A stretch of DNA of 62,285 nucleotides, filler included, from Thelocarpon superellum (Eukaryota): NCBI GenBank assembly GCA_026025795.1. It is 6 parts of 6 records of this genome, joined end to end, with 100 filler letters (N's around TTAATTAATTAA, not from the genome) between each part and the next. Parts side by side here need not be neighbours in the genome. Positions count along the whole stretch, not along the records: positions 10,495 to 20,858 come from JAPEUG010000531.1; positions 20,959 to 31,256 come from JAPEUG010000532.1; 4 more parts are not named here. The stretch is one strand, 5' to 3'. The first letter of the stretch is position 1. Every line of letters starts with the position of its first letter. Positions 12,172-24,100 of this stretch are shown here, piece after piece. The notes under the pieces were generated by a model. The model was not told the origin of the DNA and ran no database searches. It saw only the letters and a program-made list of their open reading frames with translations. Both the position numbers and the translations under genes were made by a program.

Positions 12172-12991
12172 ATGGATCGTCGTGAGACCTCGAGCTTACG
12201 CAAGACACAGTACCTGGTGGCGTACAACTTCGCCAATGCGCTGCTGTGGCTCTCGGTGCTCGGCCGAGTGGTGCTGCTGCTCCCACTCGTGGGCCATAAC
12301 AACGTCTACGGCGGGGTCGGCGAATTCACCAAATGGATTCAGACCGCCGCCCTACTAGAGGTGTGCCACGCCATGCTAGGTGAGGACAGGCCACAGCTCG
12401 ATCTCACTCGGCAGCGCACCGAGGGTGGCTAATGCCGGCTCTCATTTGCCGGGGTAGGTCTGGTCCGCGCCGCGGTCTTCACCACGGCCTTGCAAGTGGC
12501 CTCGCGCATCCTGGTGGTTTGGTTCGTCGTCGAGGGCCATGTCGTCTCGCAGACCTCGCCCGTCTACTCGAGCATGCTGGTGGCCTGGTCGATGACGGAG
12601 ATCGTTCGCTATTCCTACTTCGTCTTGAACTTGCAAGGCAGCGTGCCCAGCGCCTTGACCTGGCTCAGGTTCGTGTTTCACTCCATTTCCCTGGCGCAAT
12701 GCCCGCTCACCGTCGGCAGATACAACCTCTTCTTCGTCCTCTATCCCATGGGCATCGGAAGCGAGATGTGGTTGATGTACCTAACGTCGGAAGACTTTGG
12801 CAAGACGGGACGGAAGGAGCTGCAATGGAGTCTGCGGGCCGTCCTTCTTCTTTATCCAATCGGTACGTTGACATGAGAAGACATACATGACCTTGATGCT
12901 AACGACCATGCTGGGCCCAGGTGCCTACATACTATACACGCACATGATGACCCAGCGAAGGAAAGTCCTGCGGGGAAAACAACGACAATAG
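12172..12991 (+). CDS. PHS1: Very-long-chain 3-hydroxyacyl-CoA dehydratase (PTPLA family), 4 exons
   Basis: YLVAYN, IQTAALLEVCH, QVASRI, AWSMTEIVRYSY, WLRYNLFFVLYPMGIGSE, LYTHMMTQRRK. Introns 12380-12457, 12669-12719, 12863-12920. Confidence 0.95.
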
Positions 12992-13098
12992 CGGCGGGCA
13001 AGAATTGGAATGCTTCGCGGCTGTCACATCTCAGGGACTGGTCCGCAAAGACATCTGTACATCACACTGCATCAAGAAGAACGTGGGAGTTCTCGATT

Positions 13099-14459
13099 CT
13101 ATAAAGATCTCAAAGCATCCCGAAAGGCCTGAGCGGCATATTTCCGCCGTTGGGCCGCTGGCATATCTAATACACCATGTCCGTCAGTGAGTGGCTCAGT
13201 CAGGCGCGTATCATCGCGTCTCAAGCAATGTAGTAGACGGCACAGGAAGAGCAGTACGAGCGGAGAAGTATTTACCCCTAATGGCATGCATCTTGGCGAG
13301 GGCGACCTCGAGCTGTTCAACCTGGGCTTCTTCGTCATCGTCGTCTGTTTCTTCTTTGGTCTTTGAAGCCTTGCTCGCGTCGTCCCCTCCCTCTCCGTCC
13401 TCGCCCACAGGTCTCGCAGTTGCACCGCCCAATGGTGGGTCATTGTCAAAGATGGCAGCGTGCATACCGACCATCTCGAGTTGAAGCTCGTTTGCCTCGT
13501 CCAGGAAGCCCGTCGCTGCATTCACGTCGTCGTCTCCGTCGTGCGTGTCTCCTGTCGTCGCGTCGAGGAGCTCGTCGAGATCAAGCTCCCCCTGGTCCCC
13601 TGCATCGTCCCATTCATTCGCTTCCAATGCTTCTCTGATCCTGTCGATGCCTGTGCGTTCTGCGCCCCCCACGATCATCGATGCGCCGTCAGCCGGTGCA
13701 TGGTCCAGTAACGGCCAGCAACCACGACAAGATGAATGTGGGAATGAATGTAGGACGGACACCTCACCTCCATACTCATTCCTCCCTCTGCTCGCGAGGT
13801 CAACAAATTCCATCGACGCGCCCAGTCCCATTTCGTCCTCCAGCTCTTCCATGCTTTTATCCAAATAGGGTGTCGTAGACTGCGGCATAGCCACCGCAAG
13901 ACAAACGCCCTCCCATCCCGGGTCGCAGCCTTCCTTGATCACGTCGTGGACGGCATGTAAGCAGCGCTTCAGCATATTCTGACCCGGCACGCACTTCTGT
14001 CAGTCACGCGCCTCCTGTGTCCCGATGCCCCGTAGTGCCAGGCCCAGAGGGACTTACGAGGTCCTCGACATCTACAGGCTTCTTGAAACAAAACACCACT
14101 GCTGCAATGACGGCCAGGACCTCTTTTGCCTCGGGCGTACGGAAATCGGTACTCCATGCCTCCGGGCTGGTCATCTCATCGATCCAGATCGGAAGCGTGG
14201 CGCTGTAATAGGCCGTACTAATCGTCCATGAGTGGGACAGACCCGCTGTACTGTCGCCATCTGTGATGGTGGGCGCTGAACCGGTCAGATCTATAGAGGT
14301 TGAGTCAGATGGATGTGTCTTGTGAGGGTACGGTGGGGGTGGTGGGTAAGGGACAGGAGTCTCGTTCTTGCCTTTGAGGAAACCGAGAATCCCGGAATCA
14401 GGAGGACTCAGTGCTAGAATACGCCTAGGGTTCTTGATTTCCAATACCGTGGGAGGCAT
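13099..14459 (-). CDS. IRC6: Alpha/gamma-adaptin-binding protein p34 / Irc6 family, 5 exons
   Basis: TAYYSATLPIWIDE, F..PEAKEV, RNEYGERTGIDRIREALEANEW, acidic region, C-terminal helix QRRKYAAQA. Introns 14291-14371 (GC-AG), 13979-14057, 13660-13767, 13167-13275 (last acceptor less certain). Confidence 0.85.
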
Positions 14460-14700
14460 CGCGGTGGTTTCATCGGTGTTGCATGAGGTGAAGTCAGGTG
14501 GAGGGCGGAGGTGTCGATGAGTTAAGATGATTGACATCATTCATCAGTCCCACGTCTGGGACTACGCTTCTCTCGACCCCGCCACCCTAACACATCACGG
14601 GCTCGCGCACATTGTAGCATTCGGAATCGGTCATGGTCCAGTACGATGGGTGTCGTGTGTTCGGTATCATGATAGCCAACTACAAGTAACTACCCCCACA

Positions 14701-15264
14701 TCAACCACGACCTCCCCTGCCAGCCCGTGCCCGATTGACTGTCGCCCGTCCTCTGGCCAATCCCACGCCACGACCCCTCGTTCCTCTGGATCGAAACATC
14801 GGCGCATTCCTGAAGCATCAATCAGCATCCTGCCTCCGTCGGTCTAGATCTCCGCCATACGAGCCTCCGTGACGGAGATTGTTCGGAGCTGAAGGAGCAG
14901 GGAAGCAAGTCTTACCTCAACATGTCCGGCACGATGAAAAACCGCACGTGGCTGCCGCGGATGTAGACTTGATCCAGATGGGAGACCCGACCGTCTCGCG
15001 CCGTCACTGTGATGTCTTTGAGTTGGACGTTCATGTTGTCTTCCGCTGCGAGACGTTAGCCTTGTGTCCACTCGCAGGGATCGCACGAAGTCGACCGGCG
15101 CACCCTCTAACAGCTTTCCCCGGTAGACCTGGCCAGATGTGATCTCGAGCGTGACAACATGGCCCTGCGATGAGATCAGTAGGTGTTACGTAGGGCGGTG
15201 GGTGGGCGGAACAGACTTGCGCTTCATTCAGCAGCTTGATGGGTATGCCAATGGTGCTGGTCAT
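14701..15264 (-). CDS. SMD3: Small nuclear ribonucleoprotein Sm D3, 4 exons
   Basis: Spliced product [85 protein letters not shown] plus RG tail. Introns 15165-15216, 15046-15103, 14810-14915. Confidence 0.97.
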
Positions 15265-15551
15265 AGTCACGGAAGACGGAGCCGACGGTCAAAGTAGAGA
15301 CGCGTCGCTGGTGGAGATCGACAATCCTTTCGTGGGTTGAATTATCCCAGAGAATTGAAAATAGAGAAATAGAAAATGTGGCCGGTGGTGGTTGATGGCG
15401 GGCAAGCGAAGATTGAATCCAGCGAGCAGCGAATGGCCCAAGCTTCGTGCATCCCATCGCCTTACAGCGCATCCATCCACAGGGCAACGACTTCACATCC
15501 CACAGTTCCCCCCTCTTCCGCCGCGTCCGATGTCTGTCCAGATACATACCA

Positions 15552-16542
15552 ATGAATATATCTGCCACCCTCTCCGTCTTCAAGCTCCTTCGCGACCCGA
15601 GCCTCTGTCTACCGCACAGCACCATCTCTACCTTCCAGCACCTCCCCATTCCGCTCTCCGGAGCTTTTCGTTCCCGCAAGGCCGATATCCGCGCCGTGGT
15701 GCTCGATAAAGACAATTGCTTTGCCATCCCACATGCAAACACTGTTCATAAAGCATATCAGGTCTGTCTCTCCCTGCGTTCGCTATCCCCTTCTGGTTTG
15801 GCTAGGATCGAGCAGGTACTTTTTTCTGATATCCTATGGATTGACACCTGATCCGACCCGTACTGAACGAGACTACGACAGGACACCTTCCAGCGCCTCC
15901 GCGCCGAATATCCCGGCGCGCGTCTCCTGATCGTCAGCAATTCCGCGGGCACTGACGACGATGGGGGGGCCAAGGCCGTACGTTCTACGCTCCTGTCTGG
16001 GCCCATCCATAGTATCTAACGGCACATCTTCACCAGGCCGCGCTGCTGGAACAGAACACGGGCGTGACGGTGCTCAGGCACAGCACGAAGGTCGGTTCTT
16101 CCCTCTTCCTCTCTCTCACGTACACATACGTACTTACTCTCACTCTCCCCCTTCTCCCTTTCTCTCATCCACAAGTACTGACGGTAATCCTCGAACAGAA
16201 ACCAGGGATCCATCCGCAGATAATGCAGCATTTCCTCGCGCATCCCGACAGCGGCGTCACGCATCCCTCGCACGTCGCGATCGTAGGGGACCGGCTGTTC
16301 ACGGACGTCATGATGGGCAACATGATGGGATCGTGGAGTGTCTGGGTTCGCGATGGCGTCGTGCCGTCCAAGGGCATGGTGCGTAGTGATTCGTCGAACC
16401 ATCCCTCGGTCCATCCCATGCCACCAGAAGCGCAGCTGACGAGATCGAAAAGCTCCCGCGGTTAGAAGGCCATCTGGCGGATTTCTTGACCCGCCGGGGC
16501 TACCAACCGCAGATTCCGGGGACGGGAGGTCCTTTTGAGTGA
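15552..16542 (+). CDS. GEP4: Mitochondrial phosphatidylglycerophosphatase (HAD IIIA), 5 exons
   Basis: AVVLDKDNC, LIVSNSAGT, HSTKKPG, IVGDRLFTDVMMGN. Introns 15762-15881, 15978-16036, 16091-16198, 16379-16452. Confidence 0.93.
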
Positions 16543-17555
16543 GCAAGTGAGCAAGTGAGTACGTGGGAGGAAACGGCATAGTGTCAGGCGTATACTGGAG
16601 GATGAGGTCGGACATCTCATAGATAGCATGGCAATGACAGGATGGGATAGGGCGGGATGGGCAAATTGTGGTTACCGTTGCAATTGCAACCACCGTTACA
16701 GTCATGCCTGGTCCGACTCCTAAGTGTATAGAGTTCATCATAGATTCGGTTTCAGGAACGGGCTAGCTAGGCAAAATCCAATCCAATCCTATCCAATCAA
16801 ATCGACCACACAGCCAGCACGCGAGTACGCAAACACAAAAGGGCAGACTCGGACACACGCACGCAAATACACACACGGCTACTCGGGAGATGAAGGTAGG
16901 TGGATGTGGTCAGAGCTCGACGGAGGAAGGGTCGAGAGAGAGAAGCAGTGTCGATCAAGGCAGGAAGATGAGGATGAGGATGAGGACATGACGACGGATA
17001 TGGCGGCGATAATCAAATTGTAAGACAAACGAAAAATGGACCGAGAAGTGGAATGCCAGACTAGACAGGAGGGTGGATGACCCCAGGTTCAGGAGGTCCG
17101 GTCGGCGAGAGGCCGAGAGGGGGTGTGAGAGAAGAGTGTGAGACAGAACAGGATGGAAAAACAAGATGGCAGTACAGATGATCATGACCAGAGAGCAAAT
17201 CGAACATAAACCAAGCGGCATCCCCTCCAGCCCCCTCCCCTTGCGTCATTCTCTTCCCCCGGAGACGCACTCAACCGAGGGTGCAAAGGCACTCGGCGCG
17301 TGTGCTCCGGAAACCCATTAATCCCAAACGCCTCCTTCCCACGTTCATCATTTCAGAATGCCATACGTCAGACGTCACGCGCGCCATTTCCAGCATTAGA
17401 TCCCTCCAGCCACCAGGAGATATGGCCCGTCGGCGGCTGGAACGCACGATTGCTCTCCTGCAGACGGATCGGCCGAGGGCCGTGGGATTTCAAGGGCGGG
17501 ATGGGCGCCCCGCCGGCTTATTGCAGCCCGCGGCTCACAGTGCACAGTTCACAGC

Positions 17556-19437
17556 TCACAGCGCGTGGTTCTCCGGTGACTCGCTGGAGGGGTCGATGGA
17601 ATCAAAGGTCACCATGCTCTGCATGGCCAGGTCGTCCGCGGATCCTTCCATGCCCGGCGAGTGCGAATGCATCGGCAAGTTGAGCGATTGCTTCGAGTAC
17701 AGCTCGCTGAGCGCGAGACCGTCGTCCGACATGTTCGACATGTCGTGCGACAGCTGCAAGAAGTCCGTGGATCCGGTACGGTCCATGCCCGAGAGCGGCG
17801 GCGACTGGTTGGCGATCACCGGGTCCCCGTGGCTACCCGCCGACAAGGGCGAGATGGAGGGCCCGGCCATGCCGGAGACGTCAGGCATGGGGGTGAGGAA
17901 GGGTAGACTGTAGGGCGTCTGGAAGTTGGCCGTCGGCATCCCATCCGACGGCGCACCCGACGTGAAGAAGGCTGGGCTGGCGTACTCGGACGGCGACACC
18001 GTCGTGCCGGCGGAGATGGGGAATTGGCGGAAGTCCATGCCGAAGTCGTTGGACGTGTCGATCCGCAGGTTCGTTGCGAGCGGACCGTACGCCTGCTGCT
18101 GCGCCATCGGAGCCGGATGGTGCACCGGGACCGGTTGGTGCATTGGTGCCGGGGCGAAGAGGTTCGGGTTGTGCATCGGCGCCGGCGCGTCGGGGGTGAA
18201 GTTGAAGCCACCCATGGGCTGATGCAGCATGGAGAAGTCCACGGCGACCGGGACGGAGCGGCTACGCTGGCGCTTATGGCCACGAGCCGGATGCAGGTTG
18301 ACACCATATTGACGTTCCTGGAACATCCCGACGTGCGGGTGCGTCAGGTGGTTCGGTTGTGAGGCCGGGCGGTGCGGACCGGGCGAGACGGGCGCCGACA
18401 CGGACAGGATGGGCTGGTCGAGCGGGGCGTGGCGGGTCTGGAAGGACTCCAGCGAGACCAGCTTGGTCAGCTGTCCGCGGAGGACCTTGGGGTGGCCGCC
18501 GAGGTGGTGCACCATGACGCGCGACGCCTGTTGATCCTCGGTGAAGTCTCCACACTGGTAGAAGCCGCCGGATCCAGACGAGTCCATGAAAAAGTTCGGT
18601 GGCCGCGTGAGCTCGATCAGGAGGCCGCCGGGATTATGTCCATTGGCTTGGGCGTTGGGCGACATGTCACCGGCCTCCAGCGTGATGTTCTTGATGTACG
18701 CAAACGGATACTCGATCTTGTAGCCCGCCGAGTCGTTGTTGATGTAATAGGTGATGCAGGCCTTGTCGGGCGAGTAGAAGATGACCAGATCCATGGCGTT
18801 CTGGCCCACCCGTCGCCAGGACCCGATGCTCAGCGAGCGACAGGCGAAATGGTGGATGACGACCTTGCTGGGGTTGTTGGACTCGGCGTTCAGGAGCAGG
18901 CCGGCGTTGCCGAAGGGATCGAGCGGGCCGCCGTTCCGGCCGGGGAAGGACCGTCCAAGCGGCTTCCCGGACTCGATGGCCTGCAGCGCGAGGTATTGAC
19001 GCATCGACTCAGGGATGGCGTCGCAATCCTCGCCCGTTTCGATGCTCTTCTTGGCCAGCAGCTTGATCTTGGCGCGCCTACCAATCGTGCCGTTAGTGAC
19101 GGATGGTGGCGCGAGTCGTGGGGCTCACATACCTATTCTGGAACCAGATCTGCACCGAGCGCTCCGTCATATTAATGTCCTGCGCGATGCGCTCACGGAC
19201 GACCGCGGTCGGGGTCGGGTTCTGGTTGAACTCCACCTCGAGCGTGGCCAACTGATCCTGGGTGGCACGCTGGCGTTTCTGATTCTTCTGTTGCTGGGTG
19301 AGCGTGCTCTTCCGCGGCGGGCGCCGGGAGGCCGCATTCGGCGCGGCCGGCGTCGTAGGCGACGGCGTGGCCGGCGACATGGCATCGATCGCCTCGGGCG
19401 TCATGCTGAGGCCCTGGGTCGACGAGTCGGTGTCCAT
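17556..19437 (-). CDS. Homeobox transcription factor, Phx1/Pho2-like fungal family, 2 exons
   Basis: Homeodomain [50 protein letters not shown] with intron 19078-19132; downstream family block [30 protein letters not shown] motif. Confidence 0.92.
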
Positions 19438-20858
19438 GCCTACAGGGGGATCCCGATGAAGGCGGTATGACACGATGGTCTTTTATTGCACGGTCTGGCT
19501 GTCGAGAGTCTCGACGTCGGGCTGCGTAGTAGGTTCACGTCGATTCAGGGGGGCCGAGGAAGGCGCGGGACGGGACGTCTCGCGAGCGACTACAGTGCGT
19601 TGATGGCTCCAAAGGTATAGTGATGAAGTGCCGAGGAGGGCGAGATGTGGGCAGCAAGCTGGTGCTGGTGGGCAATGGACAGATGCAAGTGCCGTAGAGG
19701 CTGTGGGGTAGACAAGAAGGCAAATCGATTGAACGAATGGAGGTGATGGCGTGGTGCCGGAAGGAGTGTGATGGTCCCGAAAAGAGTGACGGGATTCCGC
19801 AACGAAGGGCAAGGAAAGAAAGGAAAGGAAGTCGAGCGACAGTGAAGTCGACGTCGACGTTGCTCGGCGGTCGGAGGTTGAAAAGAGAGGAAAGAAGGGA
19901 AGGACAGCAGGAGAGCGACAAGGGAAGGGACGGCGGCCGGTCGGACCAGAGGGGGCGGATGGGAGGAGTGTGACAGGACCCGTTAGGAGCTTAGCCTGAA
20001 GCGGAGGCACCGTCAAGGAGCGCCAGCCCACCCGCGTAGTGCCCAGCCCAAAGCAACACACCGGCGCAGCGGTCGAGGCGAAGGTAGGCGAGCAGGCGAA
20101 CAGGCAAGCAGGCGAGCAGACGACTCGGCGAGTCCCTCTGCCCAGGACCCCGTAGCCGAGACGCAGCCCCAGCGAACGCTTCCACACCCTCCTCGCCCTC
20201 GCGCCCTCGCCCTCCGGCTGCGTCGCGCCGCTGGGGCCAAGACTTACGGCCGCCGGAGCGACAGCAGCGCTGCTTCCTCCATCCCTCCCCCTACCCTTCC
20301 CTCCTCATGCTCCCCGAGCGCAGGAGGGCGTGCGATAGCCCTCGTCGCGGAGGCCTCCTAGACGACGTGGAACTTGTCGGATGGGCTACTACTACCATGC
20401 TCCGCGTAGTCCTCCCACGGCTTTTCGCTGCACCCTGCGCCCTGCACCCCATGTCTCCGGCGTGGTTGGGTGTGTGTATCGTGAGTCTCGTTCCATCCAC
20501 ACGCCAGCGGCGTCGTGCTCGGCCTTGGGCCGACCGGTTCCTGCACCAGTGCGCGGCGGTGAAAGGGGGCGCCGCGTTTTGGGCGGGGTTCGGGCGCTCA
20601 TTGGCTGCCGGGTCGCCAGTCAAGCCCGGCAGGCTCCCCATCCCTGTCGGAGCGACATGCTAAACACCTGGACTGCCGCTCGAGGTCAGAGGCGCAGAAG
20701 GCCGCGCCGTCCGCGCCGCCCACGCTGCTGGGCGATGACGGTCAATGGCATAGCAGAGGCCCGGTCGTGCAGGGCTACTCGGTGCATCGTGCGTTTATGC
20801 ACTTCGTGCCAGCATCGCGCCGCCGTTGCGCCGCACGCTTACTGGTACAGGTGCTTCC

Positions 20859-20958
20859 NNNNNNNNNNNNNNNNNNNNNNNNNNNNNNNNNNNNNNNNNN
20901 NNTTAATTAATTAANNNNNNNNNNNNNNNNNNNNNNNNNNNNNNNNNNNNNNNNNNNN
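20859..20958. other. Artificial contig spacer
   Basis: 44 N + TTAATTAATTAA + 44 N. Confidence 0.98.
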
Positions 20959-21032
20959 TCTTCGACGCCAGGGAGGGTGGGCCTGCCACTGGACGAGCTT
21001 CGATCTTCGCTGCAGATGGGTCCGTCGAGCTG

Positions 21033-21101
21033 CCACCAAGGTACCAGAGCACCAGGGCACCAGGGCACCAGGGCTCCAGGGCACCAGGGCTCCAGGGCAC
21101 C
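21033..21101. repeat. 9-nt tandem repeat (CCAGGGCWC-like)
   Basis: About 7 units, degenerate at the left end. Confidence 0.85.
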
Positions 21102-24100
21102 GCGGCGAGAGGGATCGCTTAAGCGATGCAGCTGGCACACGGCCACAGCCAGTCAGGCCAGGCACCGAGCCGCCAACGACGCACGACCCACCGCCGCTCC
21201 TCCGAAGGCACCGCGTGATCTGAGAGGCCAGCAGCAACGTGGCGGCGTCGACCGTCTCCCGGCTAGAGACACCGGTAGGATCGGCGGACCTGCACGTTCT
21301 TCCGGGACGACTAAATCGCTCGGGGTCTTGCTTAGCCTGGCTCACTAGAGGCGGGGGCGAAGACGGCTCTCCCTAGCCAGACGCGACCAGCACGAGTACG
21401 AGTAATGTGAACTTATCGCTAACTGTCCGGCGCACTCCATCCAACCTGCAGCTCGAGCTAAGCGGGGGAGTACCCGGCGATGTCCGGTGACTCCAGCGTA
21501 CTCGTAATCCACCTCTGCCACGAGCTAGCTTAAGGAAAAGGCGCCGGGGCCCAGCGGCGCAGGGAGTGGGGAATGACGGGGGCGAGGGGGGGAGGAGATC
21601 TCTGGGAGCTGGGGTCCAGCCAATCTCACGCCCAGCGAGCAAAAAGGTGCAGGGTGGTAGCCCAAAGGTAAAAGGACGATCATCCAATAAATTGTCCGTC
21701 AACCGAGAGGTGCGCTTACATCGCCGAGAGCCGCCCCAATCGCAGGCCCGCAGCCCCGCCTCGCCGGAGAGATTGTCAACTGCAGCACTCGATTATCGCC
21801 GTCGACCTGGTCCGGCTCCAGGCACCGATCGTGATCGAGCGATCGTGATGCGTGATGCGTGACCCGTGATGAGGGGACCGTGGGGCCAGGAGCGAAAAGA
21901 GGCATGCGCCGACCCAACCACCGTCGTCCTGGGTCGCGACCACGCGCCGGCGATGCGGAGATTTCGCCTAGGAAAGGAAGGATTGGACTGTGCCTGAACC
22001 GACCCAGCGCTCCCAGCGGACCACCGGTACCGAGCGAAAGGCGAGCCCGGCTGTGTCCGCGCAAGGACGACGTGCGCCCCTCGCACCCACCACCGCCAGG
22101 GGACGAGCCGGCAAGCGAGGCTGGAAGCGGTGTCGTGCTCGGGCTCGTGCTCGTGCTCGTGCGCGCCCGGCGCTCGAGCGTTGGTGCGCTCGAGTCCCCA
22201 ACGCCTGGAAATGACCTAATTCGCCGCCGCCACTGCAATGCAGCCAGCGGTCCAGCAACGACGCGTGATTTCGTATCGCAACGACCGTCGGAGTGTAAGC
22301 CCGATTCACGTGTAGCGCCAGCGACGATCGTTGCCGGACCCTGGCCCCGCCGGGCTATAGCGATGTTCTGGGGGTGGCAGCTGTTGCAGGCACCAACCCG
22401 ACTACTGCAGCGCGTCGCATGGTGCTCTCTCGACCTGACCAGCGCATGTCGGAGCTACTGGGGGGTGTGGAGGGCCTGCTAGGCGCGCAGCGCACGCGGT
22501 CGCTGCACCGTCGAGACCCTAAGGGAAGTTGGTGCCTGGCAGGGTTCGGGTCTTGGTCATGGCGAGAGGAGAGGGGAGGAGCTAGCAGTAGGGCAGCGTC
22601 GTCATGGGCGTCAGAGTTAGTGGCACGCCCTCCAATTCCAATCGCTGCTCGAAACAGACCAACAGCGGGGAGGGTGCCGTCGGGTGGGCAGCACGCGTTC
22701 CTGACGGCGCTGGGTCGGCCCCCCGGCGCCCCAACACCAATCAGACCGGCGGCGCCAGAATGCCGAAAGCTTCAAGGTTACGATCGGCGTCGGGGTATCT
22801 TGCTGCATCCAGTATCAAGGTGATAGCGGTGCTTATCGGCCAGTACGACGCAAACCACCAGTTTGACTACTTGTTCCCTGCACTTGATGCGATGGAAATG
22901 AACCTGGAGTCCTAGGAGAGGCTCGTGGTCAAGCTGGTCCCTCTGTGCAGGCGGCGTGAGACAGCTAGCAGGGTCGACACACCGACCCCGCGCCAGACGC
23001 AAGGTTGTTGTGTGCATCGCACTTCACGCCCTTGGGCCCGGAGCGTACATGAGGCAACAGGCATGAGGCATGGAGCAGCCTGAATGCATGGCTGCATGAG
23101 TGAGCGTGGTGGAGCGTGGAGCCGAGAAGCGTGGAGCGTAGAGTGCGGAGCATCGACCGGGGGGCTCCAGCAGCTCAGGCACGCCATCCTCCCTCGCAGC
23201 ACCCTTCGCAGCAGCCGCGCCTGCGTCCGCGCTCGCGCCCACGCGCCCGCTGTTGCTGACTGGTCGAGCCGAGGGTCCCTGCCCTTAGCCCGGCCGGCCA
23301 GGTGCCTCGAGAGTTTCCCCTAAGTCGAGCTCGTCCTGGAACCCAGAGAACTCTAGAAACGTAGATCGGTCCGGTGGCAGGCACTAAGTCAGCGCTAAGG
23401 GTGGGTAAGGCGAGGGGACCTGGCTTCGCCATCGAATTCGGATCCAAACCGTACCCCGGGCAACGTCAGGTTTTCCCCGGCGCCGCACCGACCTCTATCC
23501 TGTACGCTCGACCTCGAGGCCTGCTGGCTCGTCACCACGACCGGGGCCAATCGACCGCGACGTACTCCACCAAAGGCCGCACTATGGCGCACGGCGCCGG
23601 TCCGACGGCGGGGGTCCCGGTCATGGTGCTGGTTGGTGCGCGTCATCTGACTGACCTGACCTGACCTGACCTACCGGGGCATGCTCGTAGCTAACATGAG
23701 ACGAAACCTGGCGTCCGAGTACAAGTCCGAGGTACGGGAGTACTTCTGACCTGCGCTACCCCCACCCCGCACGGTCCGCGCATGAAGCCCGGCCGCGCAA
23801 ACGCACGCCAGGGGACGAACATCAAGCATGGTCGTATCTAAACAATCATCGTCTGATATGTGTGTGGGTAAAGGGAGCTCGCCCGAGGAGGGGCGGAAGC
23901 GTGGGAAGCGTGGGCATGCGTGCGGCGTGTCGCTGCTGCAACCAACGCATGCGGAGTCTTTCCACCGACAGTTTCGTGCGCAGCCTGTCAGGACCCTTCT
24001 AGTGCGTGGGCTACGGGCGAGGCTAGTGCTAGTGCTGGCGCGCCGACCACGCTCCGCTCCCCGCCGCGTCCACTGGCAATGTTCCTGTCAGGCCCGGCGT

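Noticed and set aside
16677..16690. 14-bp palindrome GTTGCAATTGCAAC between convergent genes
   Set aside because: Single occurrence with no supporting structure; could be chance.
22790..22915. Protein-like peptide VIAVLIGQYDANHQFDYLFPALDAMEMNLES
   Set aside because: Too short, with no clear gene structure or recognised family.
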